Below, one piece after another: positions 19,115 to 27,185 of a DNA stretch of 64,000 nt. The notes below the pieces were generated by a model. The model saw only the letters and a list, made by a program, of their open reading frames with translations, was not told the DNA's origin and searched no databases. Origin of the DNA: Bacillota bacterium (GTDB taxonomy: Bacteria > Bacillota > Clostridia > Christensenellales > Pumilibacteraceae). The first letter of the stretch is position 1. Each line of letters starts with the position of its first letter. Where the stretch lies: the NCBI GenBank assembly GCA_009779975.1, contig WRAY01000012.1, forward strand, positions 1 to 64,000. The letters are read 5' to 3'. A program made the position numbers and the translations under genes.

Positions 19115-19726
19115 ATGGCAGAATGGTGGGCTGAACTTTCAACATTCCAAATGATTATTTTCATAATAGCGGCAGCAGGAACAACTATTATGATATTGCA
19201 AATTATCTTGATGCTAATCGGAGGCTTAGTTGACTCTGATGCATCTTTCAGCGGCGAAGTTGACGCCGACACAGGTGCAGGGGTCAATGACTACACGCCT
19301 TTCACTTTATTTGGCTTAAAAATTGTTTCAACACGAACTATTATTGCATTTTTCACTTTGGGAAGTTGGATGGCTTTTGCAATGGCGCCAGTTTTCGGCT
19401 ATGACTTTGTTGACGGTCAGTGGATTTCGCTCTTTCCGGGAATTGGAGTTGGTCTCATTGCCGCTGTTTTGATAGCGCTCATGGCAAAAGGAATGGAAAA
19501 AGCACAGCAAAGCGGAAATGTTTCAATCGACAATTCAATCGGCAAAAACGCCGAGGTCTATTTAACAATACCCGCAAAAAGAGCCGGAACAGGAAAAATC
19601 TCAGTAGTAGTCCAAGAAAGACTAACAGAATATGAAGCAATAACAGACAAAGAAGAGCCGATAAAAACAGGCACTCATGTCAAGATAGTCGGAACACTGA
19701 ATGAGGGAACAGTGATAGTGGAATAA
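19115..19726 (+). CDS. NfeD-family membrane protein (YuaF-like, flotillin partner)
   Basis: N-terminal TM helices. The C-terminus is an OB-fold-like beta domain (KNAEVYLTIPAKRAGTGKISVVVQ...HVKIVGTLNEGTVIV). It is immediately upstream of the flotillin gene, matching the B. subtilis yuaF-floT arrangement. Confidence 0.7.
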   Translation: MAEWWAELSTFQMIIFIIAAAGTTIMILQIILMLIGGLVDSDASFSGEVDADTGAGVNDYTPFTLFGLKIVSTRTIIAFFTLGSWMAFAMAPVFGYDFVDGQWISLFPGIGVGLIAAVLIALMAKGMEKAQQSGNVSIDNSIGKNAEVYLTIPAKRAGTGKISVVVQERLTEYEAITDKEEPIKTGTHVKIVGTLNEGTVIVE

Positions 19727-19916
19727 TAAATTAGAAAGCGAAAAGTGAAAGGTGAAAAATTAGGGATGAGTTAATTAAAAAAAATCTAACAATACTTTTC
19801 AGTTTGGACATCTAAATTTAAAAAAACCTTGAAAAAAACATTGCTTTTAAGCAAGAGAAGTTTTTCAAGTAAAGCGTTGTGGCAAAAATGTCAATGACGC
19901 AAAGGAGATTAAAAAA

Positions 19917-21374
19917 ATGAATGTAGGTGGAGTAGTAGGTTTAATTATTGGTGTAGTAGCGTTGTTTTTGGTGTTTATGATAACATTCTTAACACGCTAC
20001 AAAAAAGCGCCGCCCGACAAAATAATGGTTATTTTCGGTCGGGTTGGGAAGAATCCGGATGGGACGCCGAGAAGTTCGAAGTGTATTCATGGCGGTTCGG
20101 CTTTTGTTTGGCCGGTTTTTCAAGCGTATAGTTATCTTGATTTAACGCCGATGTCCATAAGCGTTGATTTAAGGAACACACTTTCAAGGCAAAACATAAG
20201 AATAGATGTGCCGTCTCGTTTCACAGTCGGTATTTCAACCGAAAAAGGTGTCATGCAAAATGCTGCTGAAAGACTGAGAGGGGTTAACAACACTGCTATT
20301 GAAGCAATGGCTCGAGACATAATTTTGGGTCAGTTAAGGCTTGTTGTTGCACTCATGGACATTGAGGAAATCAATTCCGACAGAGACAAATTCTTAGAAG
20401 CGGTTTCTCGAAATGTTGAAGGCGAGTTGCGTAAAATCGGTCTAAGGCTTATTAATGTTAATGTCACAGACATAACAGATGAATCCGGCTATATTGACGC
20501 ATTAGGTCGTGAAGCGGCTGCAAAAGCCATCAACGATGCGAAAAAATTGGTCGCAGAGCAAGACAGAGACGGTTCTATCGGTCAAGCAAACGCTGTCAAA
20601 ACTCAAAGAATTGAAACAGCCGAAGCAAACGCAACAGCGGTTGCGGGTGAGAACACTGCAAAAGCAGACATAGCAAAATCAAACGCAGTTCTTCGTCAAG
20701 TTGAGGCAGAGGCTGAAAAAAATGCTGCAATTGCTGAGGCTACCGCTGAGGCAGCGTCTAACAAAGCAGGGTATTTAGCCGAGCAAGAAGCGGAAATGGC
20801 GAGAGCGAAAAGAGAAACCTCAACACTTGAAGCGGATGTTATCGTTAAAGCCGAGATTGAAAAACGCAGAATTGAATTAGAAGCGGAAGCAGCGGCAGAA
20901 GTGAAGCGCCGTCACGCAAAAGGTGAGGCGGATGCTATCAAAATGCGTGAGTTGGCAAAAGCAGAAGGTTTGTTCGCAATACTAGATAAACAAGCACAAG
21001 GTTTTGAAAAAATCGTAAAAGCAGCGGGCGGAAATTCGTCTGATGCAGTGCGTTTGATGATGACCGACAAAATGGAAGATTTATTAAGAGTTCAAGTTGA
21101 TGCAATCAAAAACATCAAAATTGACAAAGTCACTGTTTGGGACAGCGGAGCAAACGGAAAAGACGGCACAAGCACTTCAAACTTTATTTCAAATCTTGTG
21201 AAAAGTGTTCCGCCGTTGAACGAATTATACGGAATGGTTGGAATGGAATTGCCACAGTTTTTAGGAAGAGTGAAAGAAGAAAGCGAAGCACAAAAAGCCC
21301 CAAAAGCAATTTCTGCTCCCAAAGCACCTCAGCAAACAACACCGGCAGCGGAGCAGACAACTAAAAAGAAATAA
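19917..21374 (+). CDS. flotillin-like SPFH/band-7 protein (FloT/YuaG-like)
   Basis: N-terminal membrane hairpin and an SPFH domain. A long EA-rich coiled-coil follows (AEAEKNAAIAEATAEAASNKAGYLAEQEAEMARAKRE...). Confidence 0.8.
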   Translation: MNVGGVVGLIIGVVALFLVFMITFLTRYKKAPPDKIMVIFGRVGKNPDGTPRSSKCIHGGSAFVWPVFQAYSYLDLTPMSISVDLRNTLSRQNIRIDVPSRFTVGISTEKGVMQNAAERLRGVNNTAIEAMARDIILGQLRLVVALMDIEEINSDRDKFLEAVSRNVEGELRKIGLRLINVNVTDITDESGYIDALGREAAAKAINDAKKLVAEQDRDGSIGQANAVKTQRIETAEANATAVAGENTAKADIAKSNAVLRQVEAEAEKNAAIAEATAEAASNKAGYLAEQEAEMARAKRETSTLEADVIVKAEIEKRRIELEAEAAAEVKRRHAKGEADAIKMRELAKAEGLFAILDKQAQGFEKIVKAAGGNSSDAVRLMMTDKMEDLLRVQVDAIKNIKIDKVTVWDSGANGKDGTSTSNFISNLVKSVPPLNELYGMVGMELPQFLGRVKEESEAQKAPKAISAPKAPQQTTPAAEQTTKKK

Positions 21375-21397
21375 TTTAAGGAAAGGAGAGTTATAAA

Positions 21398-23980
21398 ATG
21401 TGTATTAAAGACAACCTGGATATAACAGGAGACCTTATTAAAGGCAAGGTCAAAACCGAGATTGAAAATGAGTATATCTCTCAAAATGAAAATATTGTCG
21501 AGATAATTCCCGAGGATATGAAATCTAATGACAATAGCACGGAGAAAGAACTCCTTGAAAATGAACTAAGAGTAATTTTGGAAAATTGCCCAAATGGTGT
21601 TGTTGTCGATGAAGAAAAACTAAAAGAGGAATTAACAACACTAGAACTAGGACTGGAATATATGGAAAAAGAAAAAATTGATGGCAACGAAGAGGAAATT
21701 CTCGATAAAGAAACTCCTGTTGAAACAGAAATTGAAGAAGAGATAGTATGGGATAACACACATGCCGCAGAGAATGAAGATGAGGTGGTTGATGAAACAC
21801 CTCAAGTTGAAATTAAGCCGATTGTTGAAATAATCCCTCAATCTGAGGTTGTCAATATTCAATATCCAATCCCGCCTCAACCGTCTGCTCCGCCGCCGCA
21901 GTTTACTAAATCAATCGGGAAAACAACATCAAAAGAGGGGAGTGTTTTCAAAAGAGCGTCGTGGATTTGGGCGGAAGGTAATGACAAGAAAGAAGATTTT
22001 GTCATCTTTAGGAAAAAATTCACCCTTGAAAAAAAGCCGAAAGAAGCAAGAGTTAACATTAGCGTTTGCGGATTTTATCATATGTTCGTCAACAACAAAC
22101 TAGTTGTATATGACGGTTCGCTTAGTCAGCACGAAAATTTAAACTATGGTTATTTTGACACCATCGACATTGCCCCATATTTGGCAAAAGGCGAAAATGT
22201 CATCGGGCTTGTTTGTGTAAAAACACAAAAAGAGCATTTGGGCGGAATGATTTTTGAGTGCGGCGAGTTGGATATCTCCTCAGATTCATCTTTCACAGTC
22301 TATCGCTCGCCTGCCTACAAAATTGACGGTGACAAACTTATCTATGACGCAACGCTTGAAGGGCAGATTGACCATGTGTTTGAAGCGGCATACGGAGCAA
22401 GTATTTTTGTTCCTGCTCGTGAATACTCATCGTATGGCTCGGGATATTATTTTGACTTAGAGCAGAGAAAAATTCCTCTATTTAAATTTTCTTCACCATT
22501 GAAAGGAAAGAGAATTGCAAAAGATGTGAACAAAAGTGAAGCAATCTATACTTACGATTTGGATGGCTATTATCACTTTGTCCCGATTATTTCTTGCAAT
22601 GCATCCAGCGGCCAAGCAATTATTGAAGTAAAAACCGACAGACAGCGCGCCCAAGACACAAAAGGCAGAGTTCACACCAACTTAGCGTTTGATTATATTT
22701 GCAAAGACGGACCTCAAACTCATGAGTGCGTAATGCCGCTGGTCGGAACAAAACTAATCGTCAAAGTTCCTCTGAGCGTGAAACTAAGTTCTATTCAATT
22801 CAGAATAACAGAGTTTGACCTTTCAAACAGCGAGCAAGACGAAGTAGTCGGCGAAATAAAACTTGGAAAAAGCATTCAGCGATTGAATGAAAAAGCAATC
22901 GACACATTGAGAGCGAACATGAGGGAAATATTTTCAAAAACTCCTGAATGTGCATCAAAAAATACTTTGAGCGATTTTTCTGCCGCTTCACAATTGGCAT
23001 CATATGCCCTTTCTGACACAGCGCTGACTCTTGCAAAAAAGTGTATTGAAGACATGCTTGCCGCCAATCTTTTAACGATTAATAAATCTCTGACAAGGGC
23101 ACTTTTAACAATAAGTGAAAGAGGTGCGATTTCGGCATACTTTGGAAAGACAAATGATGTTCAAACTCTCAAAAAATGTCTGCCCCAAATGCTTGACCTT
23201 CTTAACAGCGTAAAAACAGATTCTTATGGAATTGCTCAACTTCCTAATGAGTATAAAGAAACTGATATTTTCTACAATGTCGATGAAGTGGTTTTGCTAA
23301 ACGCTATATTTTATTCAGCAATGAATTTTTATATATCTTCTCAGTTTAGTTGCGGAGAGAGAGAAAACGGCGATATCACAAGAAAAAGAGACCTTTTGAA
23401 AAATAATTTTGAAACTGCATTTTTTAAAGGTAAAGGCTATTCGTCAAGAGAGTATTATGACGAAAGAGCAAACGCATGGGCGGTTATATCAAACCTTGCA
23501 AACAAAGAACACACACCTCATTTAATTAATCTGCTATCATCAGTTCAAACATCGTCTCCAACTTTTGAAAACTATATTATTGATGCTTTAATGATGGTCG
23601 GTGCTAAACAAAGAGCAACAAAAAGATTATTAAACAGGTATCGTGCGCTCATTGACAACGAAGACAATTGTCTGCACGCTGATTTTTTTGGCGGAAGTAT
23701 TTGTTATGTCAATTCTGCCGGAGTTGTTTCAAATTTCTATCGCCATATTGCCGGTGTTGAATTTAAAGAGGGCAAAGTATTTATAACTCCAGACTTTTCA
23801 CACGGTAATGTTGATTTTGTTGTTTCTGTTCCAAACGGAATACTAAAAGGAAACTACTCAAATGGGGAGGCAACCCTCAATTTAAAATCCGCATGCGAAG
23901 CATATCTCTTAATGCAGGACAAAGGCTCGATAATGAAACGAGTAAAATTAAATAAAGGCAAAAACAAATTTCAATTATAA
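21398..23980 (+). CDS. cytoplasmic alpha-L-rhamnosidase-like (GH78-type N-domain) six-hairpin glycosidase with an acidic ~170-aa N-terminal extension
   Basis: RBS GGAAAGGAGAG 4 nt after the flotillin stop. ASWIWAEGNDKKEDFVIFRKKFTL...ISVCGFYHMFVNNKLVVYDGS...FDTIDIAPYLAKGENVIGLVCV matches the Bac_rhamnosid_N pattern (AKWIW..FRK.F.L....GxYE.y.NG..Vg....DVT..L..GeNvigv). No signal peptide. The N-terminal 170 aa are E/D/I-rich. Confidence 0.5.
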   Translation: MCIKDNLDITGDLIKGKVKTEIENEYISQNENIVEIIPEDMKSNDNSTEKELLENELRVILENCPNGVVVDEEKLKEELTTLELGLEYMEKEKIDGNEEEILDKETPVETEIEEEIVWDNTHAAENEDEVVDETPQVEIKPIVEIIPQSEVVNIQYPIPPQPSAPPPQFTKSIGKTTSKEGSVFKRASWIWAEGNDKKEDFVIFRKKFTLEKKPKEARVNISVCGFYHMFVNNKLVVYDGSLSQHENLNYGYFDTIDIAPYLAKGENVIGLVCVKTQKEHLGGMIFECGELDISSDSSFTVYRSPAYKIDGDKLIYDATLEGQIDHVFEAAYGASIFVPAREYSSYGSGYYFDLEQRKIPLFKFSSPLKGKRIAKDVNKSEAIYTYDLDGYYHFVPIISCNASSGQAIIEVKTDRQRAQDTKGRVHTNLAFDYICKDGPQTHECVMPLVGTKLIVKVPLSVKLSSIQFRITEFDLSNSEQDEVVGEIKLGKSIQRLNEKAIDTLRANMREIFSKTPECASKNTLSDFSAASQLASYALSDTALTLAKKCIEDMLAANLLTINKSLTRALLTISERGAISAYFGKTNDVQTLKKCLPQMLDLLNSVKTDSYGIAQLPNEYKETDIFYNVDEVVLLNAIFYSAMNFYISSQFSCGERENGDITRKRDLLKNNFETAFFKGKGYSSREYYDERANAWAVISNLANKEHTPHLINLLSSVQTSSPTFENYIIDALMMVGAKQRATKRLLNRYRALIDNEDNCLHADFFGGSICYVNSAGVVSNFYRHIAGVEFKEGKVFITPDFSHGNVDFVVSVPNGILKGNYSNGEATLNLKSACEAYLLMQDKGSIMKRVKLNKGKNKFQL

Positions 23981-23988
23981 ATAACAAA

Positions 23989-24026
23989 AATCCTCTCCGC
24001 AGCATTCATTGCAGAGAGGATTTTGC
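23989..24026. terminator. bidirectional terminator between the rhamnosidase-like gene (+) and the XRE gene (-)
   Basis: AATCCTCTCCGCAGC-attcatt-GCAGAGAGGATT with A-run 5' and T-run 3'. Confidence 0.6.
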
Positions 24027-24027
24027 T

Positions 24028-24225
24028 TTAAGCCCCCAAAAAGTATTTTGCCGTTAATTCGAAAAATCTGACTAATTTGCAAAATATACTTAAAGTAGGT
24101 TTTGAGATGCTGCTTTCCCATCGTTTGATTGATGAGCAAGAAACACCAAGTTTTTCTGCCAATTGTTTTTGAGACAGTCCTCTTTCTTCTTGGATTCTGA
24201 TTAAAATTTCCGCAAATGATTCCAT
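24028..24225 (-). CDS. XRE-family helix-turn-helix transcriptional regulator (65 aa)
   Basis: LSQKQLAEKLGVSCSSIKRWESSISKPTLSIFCKLVRFF is a canonical XRE HTH. Confidence 0.75.
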   Translation of the reverse strand: MESFAEILIRIQEERGLSQKQLAEKLGVSCSSIKRWESSISKPTLSIFCKLVRFFELTAKYFLGA

Positions 24226-24261
24226 AAATACCTCCTATTATTTTTTTTAACACTATTTAGG

Positions 24262-24330
24262 TGTAAATAAATTTTAGCACACCTAAGTGGTGTTTGTCAA
24301 AACTTTTACGCCATTTTGGTGTAAAATTAT
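24262..24330. promoter_or_regulatory. divergent promoter/operator region with repeated GGTGTAAA half-sites
   Basis: TTAGGTGTAAAT...TAGCACACCTAA is an inverted repeat TTAGGTGT/ACACCTAA. A third direct copy TTGGTGTAAAAT lies between the divergent XRE genes. Confidence 0.5.
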
Positions 24331-24333
24331 TTT

Positions 24334-24540
24334 ATGAATTCTTTTTCGAAAAACTTAAAGTTGCTTATGGTAGAGAATGAAACTTCTCAAAGGCAACTGG
24401 CAAAAGTTCTGAATGTTAAGCAACAAACAATCAGTCGCTATATTACAGGCGAAAGAGAGCCTAATATGGATATGGTAATTGAAATTGCTCGATTTTTTAA
24501 TGTAACAGTGGGGCAGTTATTAGGAACGGAGGAATATTAA
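24334..24540 (+). CDS. XRE-family helix-turn-helix transcriptional regulator (68 aa)
   Basis: TSQRQLAKVLNVKQQTISRYITGEREPNMDMVIEIARFFNV is an XRE HTH. Confidence 0.75.
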   Translation: MNSFSKNLKLLMVENETSQRQLAKVLNVKQQTISRYITGEREPNMDMVIEIARFFNVTVGQLLGTEEY

Positions 24541-24568
24541 AAAAGGCGAGAGTTACTCGCCTTTTTTA
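24541..24568 (+). terminator. rho-independent terminator
   Basis: AAAAGGCGAG-agtta-CTCGCCTTTTTT. Confidence 0.75.
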
Positions 24569-24619
24569 ATGCATAATGATTGTTAGAATTGTTTATGTTA
24601 AATGGCATAAAGACAAACT

Positions 24620-24800
24620 ACAGGGGGGGCAATGTCCAAGAGGCAACCGAAACGAAGTGTCTCGGGGACTGTCCAAACGACACGAAGTGCCCGAAGGGTT
24701 GCCCCCACAGGGCAATCGGAGGGACTGTTCCCAAGACACGAAGTGAGTATTTAGAGTGTCGGTCGGATACTGCGGGGGCGGTCTAGTGACTGTCCGCACA
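24620..24800 (+). ncRNA. candidate structured RNA / GC-rich structured element of unknown function
   Basis: A GC-rich island sits in AT-rich surroundings. A long-range stem GGGGGCAA(24626)/TTGCCCCC(24699) encloses nested hairpins. The motif GGGACTGTYCMAAGACACGAAGTG recurs and GTGTC/GACAC stems are present. No ORF. Strand unknown. Confidence 0.25.
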
Positions 24801-24912
24801 ATATGATAAAAATAATGTTCCGGCGGTCGATGCCCGCCCTTGCAATTTTATCGCAAAAAACACTCCAACATCAATCGTCTTATTCGTCTCATTTGTCATT
24901 TGTTTCATTAAA

Positions 24913-25929
24913 TTAACGAATCGTTAATCCGCCGCTAACATAGCCGGTAATGGTGTGAAGTGTTTCACAGCGATGAGGTCTTCTTCTGTCACCGCCATGT
25001 CCGTCATGTCCATGTCGTCTCTCGTCTACAGTGGCATAAACAACCAACAATAGCCTTGAGCCTGCCTCCACCTGAATGTCAATGTCATCATGCATAGCAA
25101 AATGGTATTCACCATGAGGGACATTGCCGGTAAAGGGCGGAATGCTAACGAGAGTTTCCGTTAGTTTGTGAAAAGTGCTCGCTCCCGGATGTGCTTTGTA
25201 AAGCATGCCGTGAACTGCTATCTCAGTGTTGTGAAGAGTAAGAGCAGTGTCGACAGTAAAGCCAACCGCTAACTTTTCAATTTCGCCGTTTTCAGGCACA
25301 ATAAAGGCTAATGATGTGTTTGAGCCTAGCAACTCAATAGTGCTGCCTAAGCCTTGAGTGCCTTGTGCGCAAGAGCCAAAGCCGACAAAGCCGGGCAAAA
25401 ATGCGCCTCCGTCACAATCGGTTGATAGAATTAGAGGAGTGTGAGAGGCGAAGGGAATAGTGACGGAGCCGTTTCTGCCATCTTCACCCCTTTCGCCCTG
25501 AGGTCCTCTTCTGCCTCTTTCTCCTCTTTCTCCTCTTTCTCCTCTTGCTCCCCTATCACCTCGAGGACCCATTGCTCCCGTTGCACCGGCAGCCCCTGTT
25601 GCTCCAATAGGACCAACAGGTCCAGTTAAGCCAATTGGACCCATCGGTCCCATAGAGCCGGTAAAGCCTCTTTCACCTCTCGGTCCGGTGCAACCCATTG
25701 GTCCTCTAGGACCCGTGCAGCCAATTGGGCCTATTGGTCCTCTCTCACCTCTCGGTCCGGTGCAGCCTATGTGACCTCTCGGTCCTCTTTCTCCCATACA
25801 CCCCATAGGACCTCTCGGTCCTCTCTCACCGGTGCAGCCTCTCGGTCCGATTGGACCTCTCGGACCTCTTGGTCCCGGACAACCTCTTATAAAAATTTCT
25901 TCCCTACATCTATTGCATCCACAACTCAT
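24913..25929 (-). CDS. collagen-like triple-helix repeat protein (BclA-like exosporium/surface glycoprotein candidate)
   Basis: About 50 G-X-Y triplets ([25 protein letters not shown]...) follow a Cys-rich N-terminus [11 protein letters not shown]. The C-terminal ~190 aa are a non-collagenous beta domain. GGAGG RBS 8 nt before ATG 25929; the ORF-track start at 25947 is an extension. Confidence 0.7.
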   Translation of the reverse strand: MSCGCNRCREEIFIRGCPGPRGPRGPIGPRGCTGERGPRGPMGCMGERGPRGHIGCTGPRGERGPIGPIGCTGPRGPMGCTGPRGERGFTGSMGPMGPIGLTGPVGPIGATGAAGATGAMGPRGDRGARGERGERGERGRRGPQGERGEDGRNGSVTIPFASHTPLILSTDCDGGAFLPGFVGFGSCAQGTQGLGSTIELLGSNTSLAFIVPENGEIEKLAVGFTVDTALTLHNTEIAVHGMLYKAHPGASTFHKLTETLVSIPPFTGNVPHGEYHFAMHDDIDIQVEAGSRLLLVVYATVDERRHGHDGHGGDRRRPHRCETLHTITGYVSGGLTIR

Positions 25930-26085
25930 AAAAAAATACCTCCACATACATATAAAATTAGTATGTAGAGACAGTTAAGTGAAAAGGAAATGTGAAAAGT
26001 AATAACAAACTATTTTTTATCTTGTGAAAAACTTTTTACTTCTAAAAACATATTATGTATTTATCTTAAATATGGTGACAATTAG

Positions 26086-26115
26086 TTGACAACTGACAAA
26101 CAAATTGTTTATAAT
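26086..26115 (+). promoter_or_regulatory. sigma-A type promoter upstream of rpmH
   Basis: TTGACA, 18 nt, TATAAT. Confidence 0.5.
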
Positions 26116-26169
26116 AGGGCAATATGCCCAAAGAAAGGGCAAAGACAATTAAAAGGATACACAAAGAAA

Positions 26170-26322
26170 ATGAAAAGAACTTATCAACCAAAAAAGAGAA
26201 AAAGACTAAAAGTGCATGGATTCCGTGCAAGAATGAAAACATCAGCTGGAAAGCGAGTGCTGAAGCGTCGTCGTGACAGAGGCAGGGCGAATGTTGCGGT
26301 AAAAGGATTAGGAACTAATTAA
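26170..26322 (+). CDS. rpmH: 50S ribosomal protein L34
   Basis: [39 protein letters not shown] matches the L34 signature. The upstream 28 codons of the ORF are not part of the protein. Confidence 0.9.
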   Translation: MKRTYQPKKRKRLKVHGFRARMKTSAGKRVLKRRRDRGRANVAVKGLGTN

Positions 26323-26401
26323 GGTTTCAGGCGTCGGGTTTTAGGTGTCGTTAACAAGCAGAAACCTGACATCTGACGCTCGATACCCGACACCTGAAAT
26401 A

Positions 26402-26731
26402 ATGCTTTCAAAACAATACCGTTTGACAAAACAAGGCTCATTTCGATATGTTTATAACAATGGGCAAAAAAAGCAAAACCTTGCGTTTCGGCTGTTCTTT
26501 GTCCTAGGTAAATCGCTAAAAGTGGGTATTGTTATCTCAAAAAAACTTGGAAAAGCAAACAAACGAAACCTACTCAAACGCCGAATAAGAGCAATTTTTA
26601 GAGAGAATATTCAAAGCATTAAAAAAGCCCAAATAGTCCTTTCCGTCAAAGAAGAAGCGGCGGACATGCCGTTTGAGAAATTGAGAGAAGAGGTTTTGGG
26701 AGTTTTGAGAAAGTCAAACCTAATTGCATGA
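26402..26731 (+). CDS. rnpA: ribonuclease P protein component
   Basis: MLSKQYRLTKQGSFRYVYNNGQK...KKLGKANKRNLLKRRIRAIFRE carries the RnpA RNR-like basic motif. It directly follows rpmH. Confidence 0.85.
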   Translation: MLSKQYRLTKQGSFRYVYNNGQKKQNLAFRLFFVLGKSLKVGIVISKKLGKANKRNLLKRRIRAIFRENIQSIKKAQIVLSVKEEAADMPFEKLREEVLGVLRKSNLIA

Positions 26732-26798
26732 TTTACAAAGGACAAATGTTGATAATTTAAAATTGATCTTTTTTGTCCTTTGTCCACTGTAATTTAAT
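26730..26798. repeat. intercistronic hairpin element, family C (GATTTACAAAGGACAAAT ... TTGTCCTTTGTCCACTGTAATTT)
   Basis: Inverted arms flank an AT-rich loop. Same family as 48621, 58785 and 61481. Confidence 0.6.
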
Positions 26799-26810
26799 AA
26801 AAAAATTTGC

Positions 26811-27092
26811 ATGAAAAAAGCACTAAAAATTATACTAAACATCATCACTCTCAAATACTTTTTCATTGCACTAATTTATTTCTATAAATTTGTCATATCC
26901 CCCTTGATGCCAAAAAGTTGCTTGTATTATCCGACTTGCTCTTCTTATGCTTTGGAAGCCATCCAAAAACATGGTGCGATAAAAGGAGCATTTATGGGAG
27001 CATGGCGAATACTTCGCTGCAACCCATTTTCAAAAGGCGGCTTCGACCCCGTCCCCGACAATCCGAAAGGGGAAATGAAATGGCTAATGTAA
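26811..27092 (+). CDS. yidD: membrane protein insertion efficiency factor YidD
   Basis: [56 protein letters not shown] is the classic YidD motif. Confidence 0.85.
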   Translation: MKKALKIILNIITLKYFFIALIYFYKFVISPLMPKSCLYYPTCSSYALEAIQKHGAIKGAFMGAWRILRCNPFSKGGFDPVPDNPKGEMKWLM

Positions 27093-27097
27093 TTTAG

Positions 27098-27161
27098 TAT
27101 TGGTGGTTAGTGACTGGTGAAGGTTGATTTTTTAATTTATCAATCACCGACCACTGGTCGC
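27098..27161. repeat. hairpin element, family B (GTGATTGGTGA / TCACCAATCAC-type heptamer repeats)
   Basis: TATTGGTGGTTAGTGACTGGTGAAGGTTGA-loop-TCAATCACCGACCACTGGTCGC. It is related to the elements at 28839, 49793, 55118 and 13071. Confidence 0.55.
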
Positions 27162-27185
27162 TGAGCACTAAGCAAAAGGAGTTCA

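Noticed and set aside
21398-21900. Acidic N-terminal 170 aa of the rhamnosidase-like protein as a separate gene or coiled-coil scaffold
   Set aside because: The region is continuous in frame with the downstream enzyme domain and has no internal RBS or start with support. It is treated as an N-terminal extension.
24620-24760. Possible CRISPR array, given the repeated ~24-nt motif
   Set aside because: There are only two full copies plus a partial one, with irregular spacing and embedded in larger secondary structure. No cas genes. It is better explained as a structured RNA or element.
25930-26170. oriC / DnaA-box cluster upstream of rpmH
   Set aside because: No TTATCCACA/TGTGGATAA boxes were found in the rpmH upstream region. 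The only TGTGGATAA match (about 52413) is inside the RAYT pseudogene. I cannot call an origin here.
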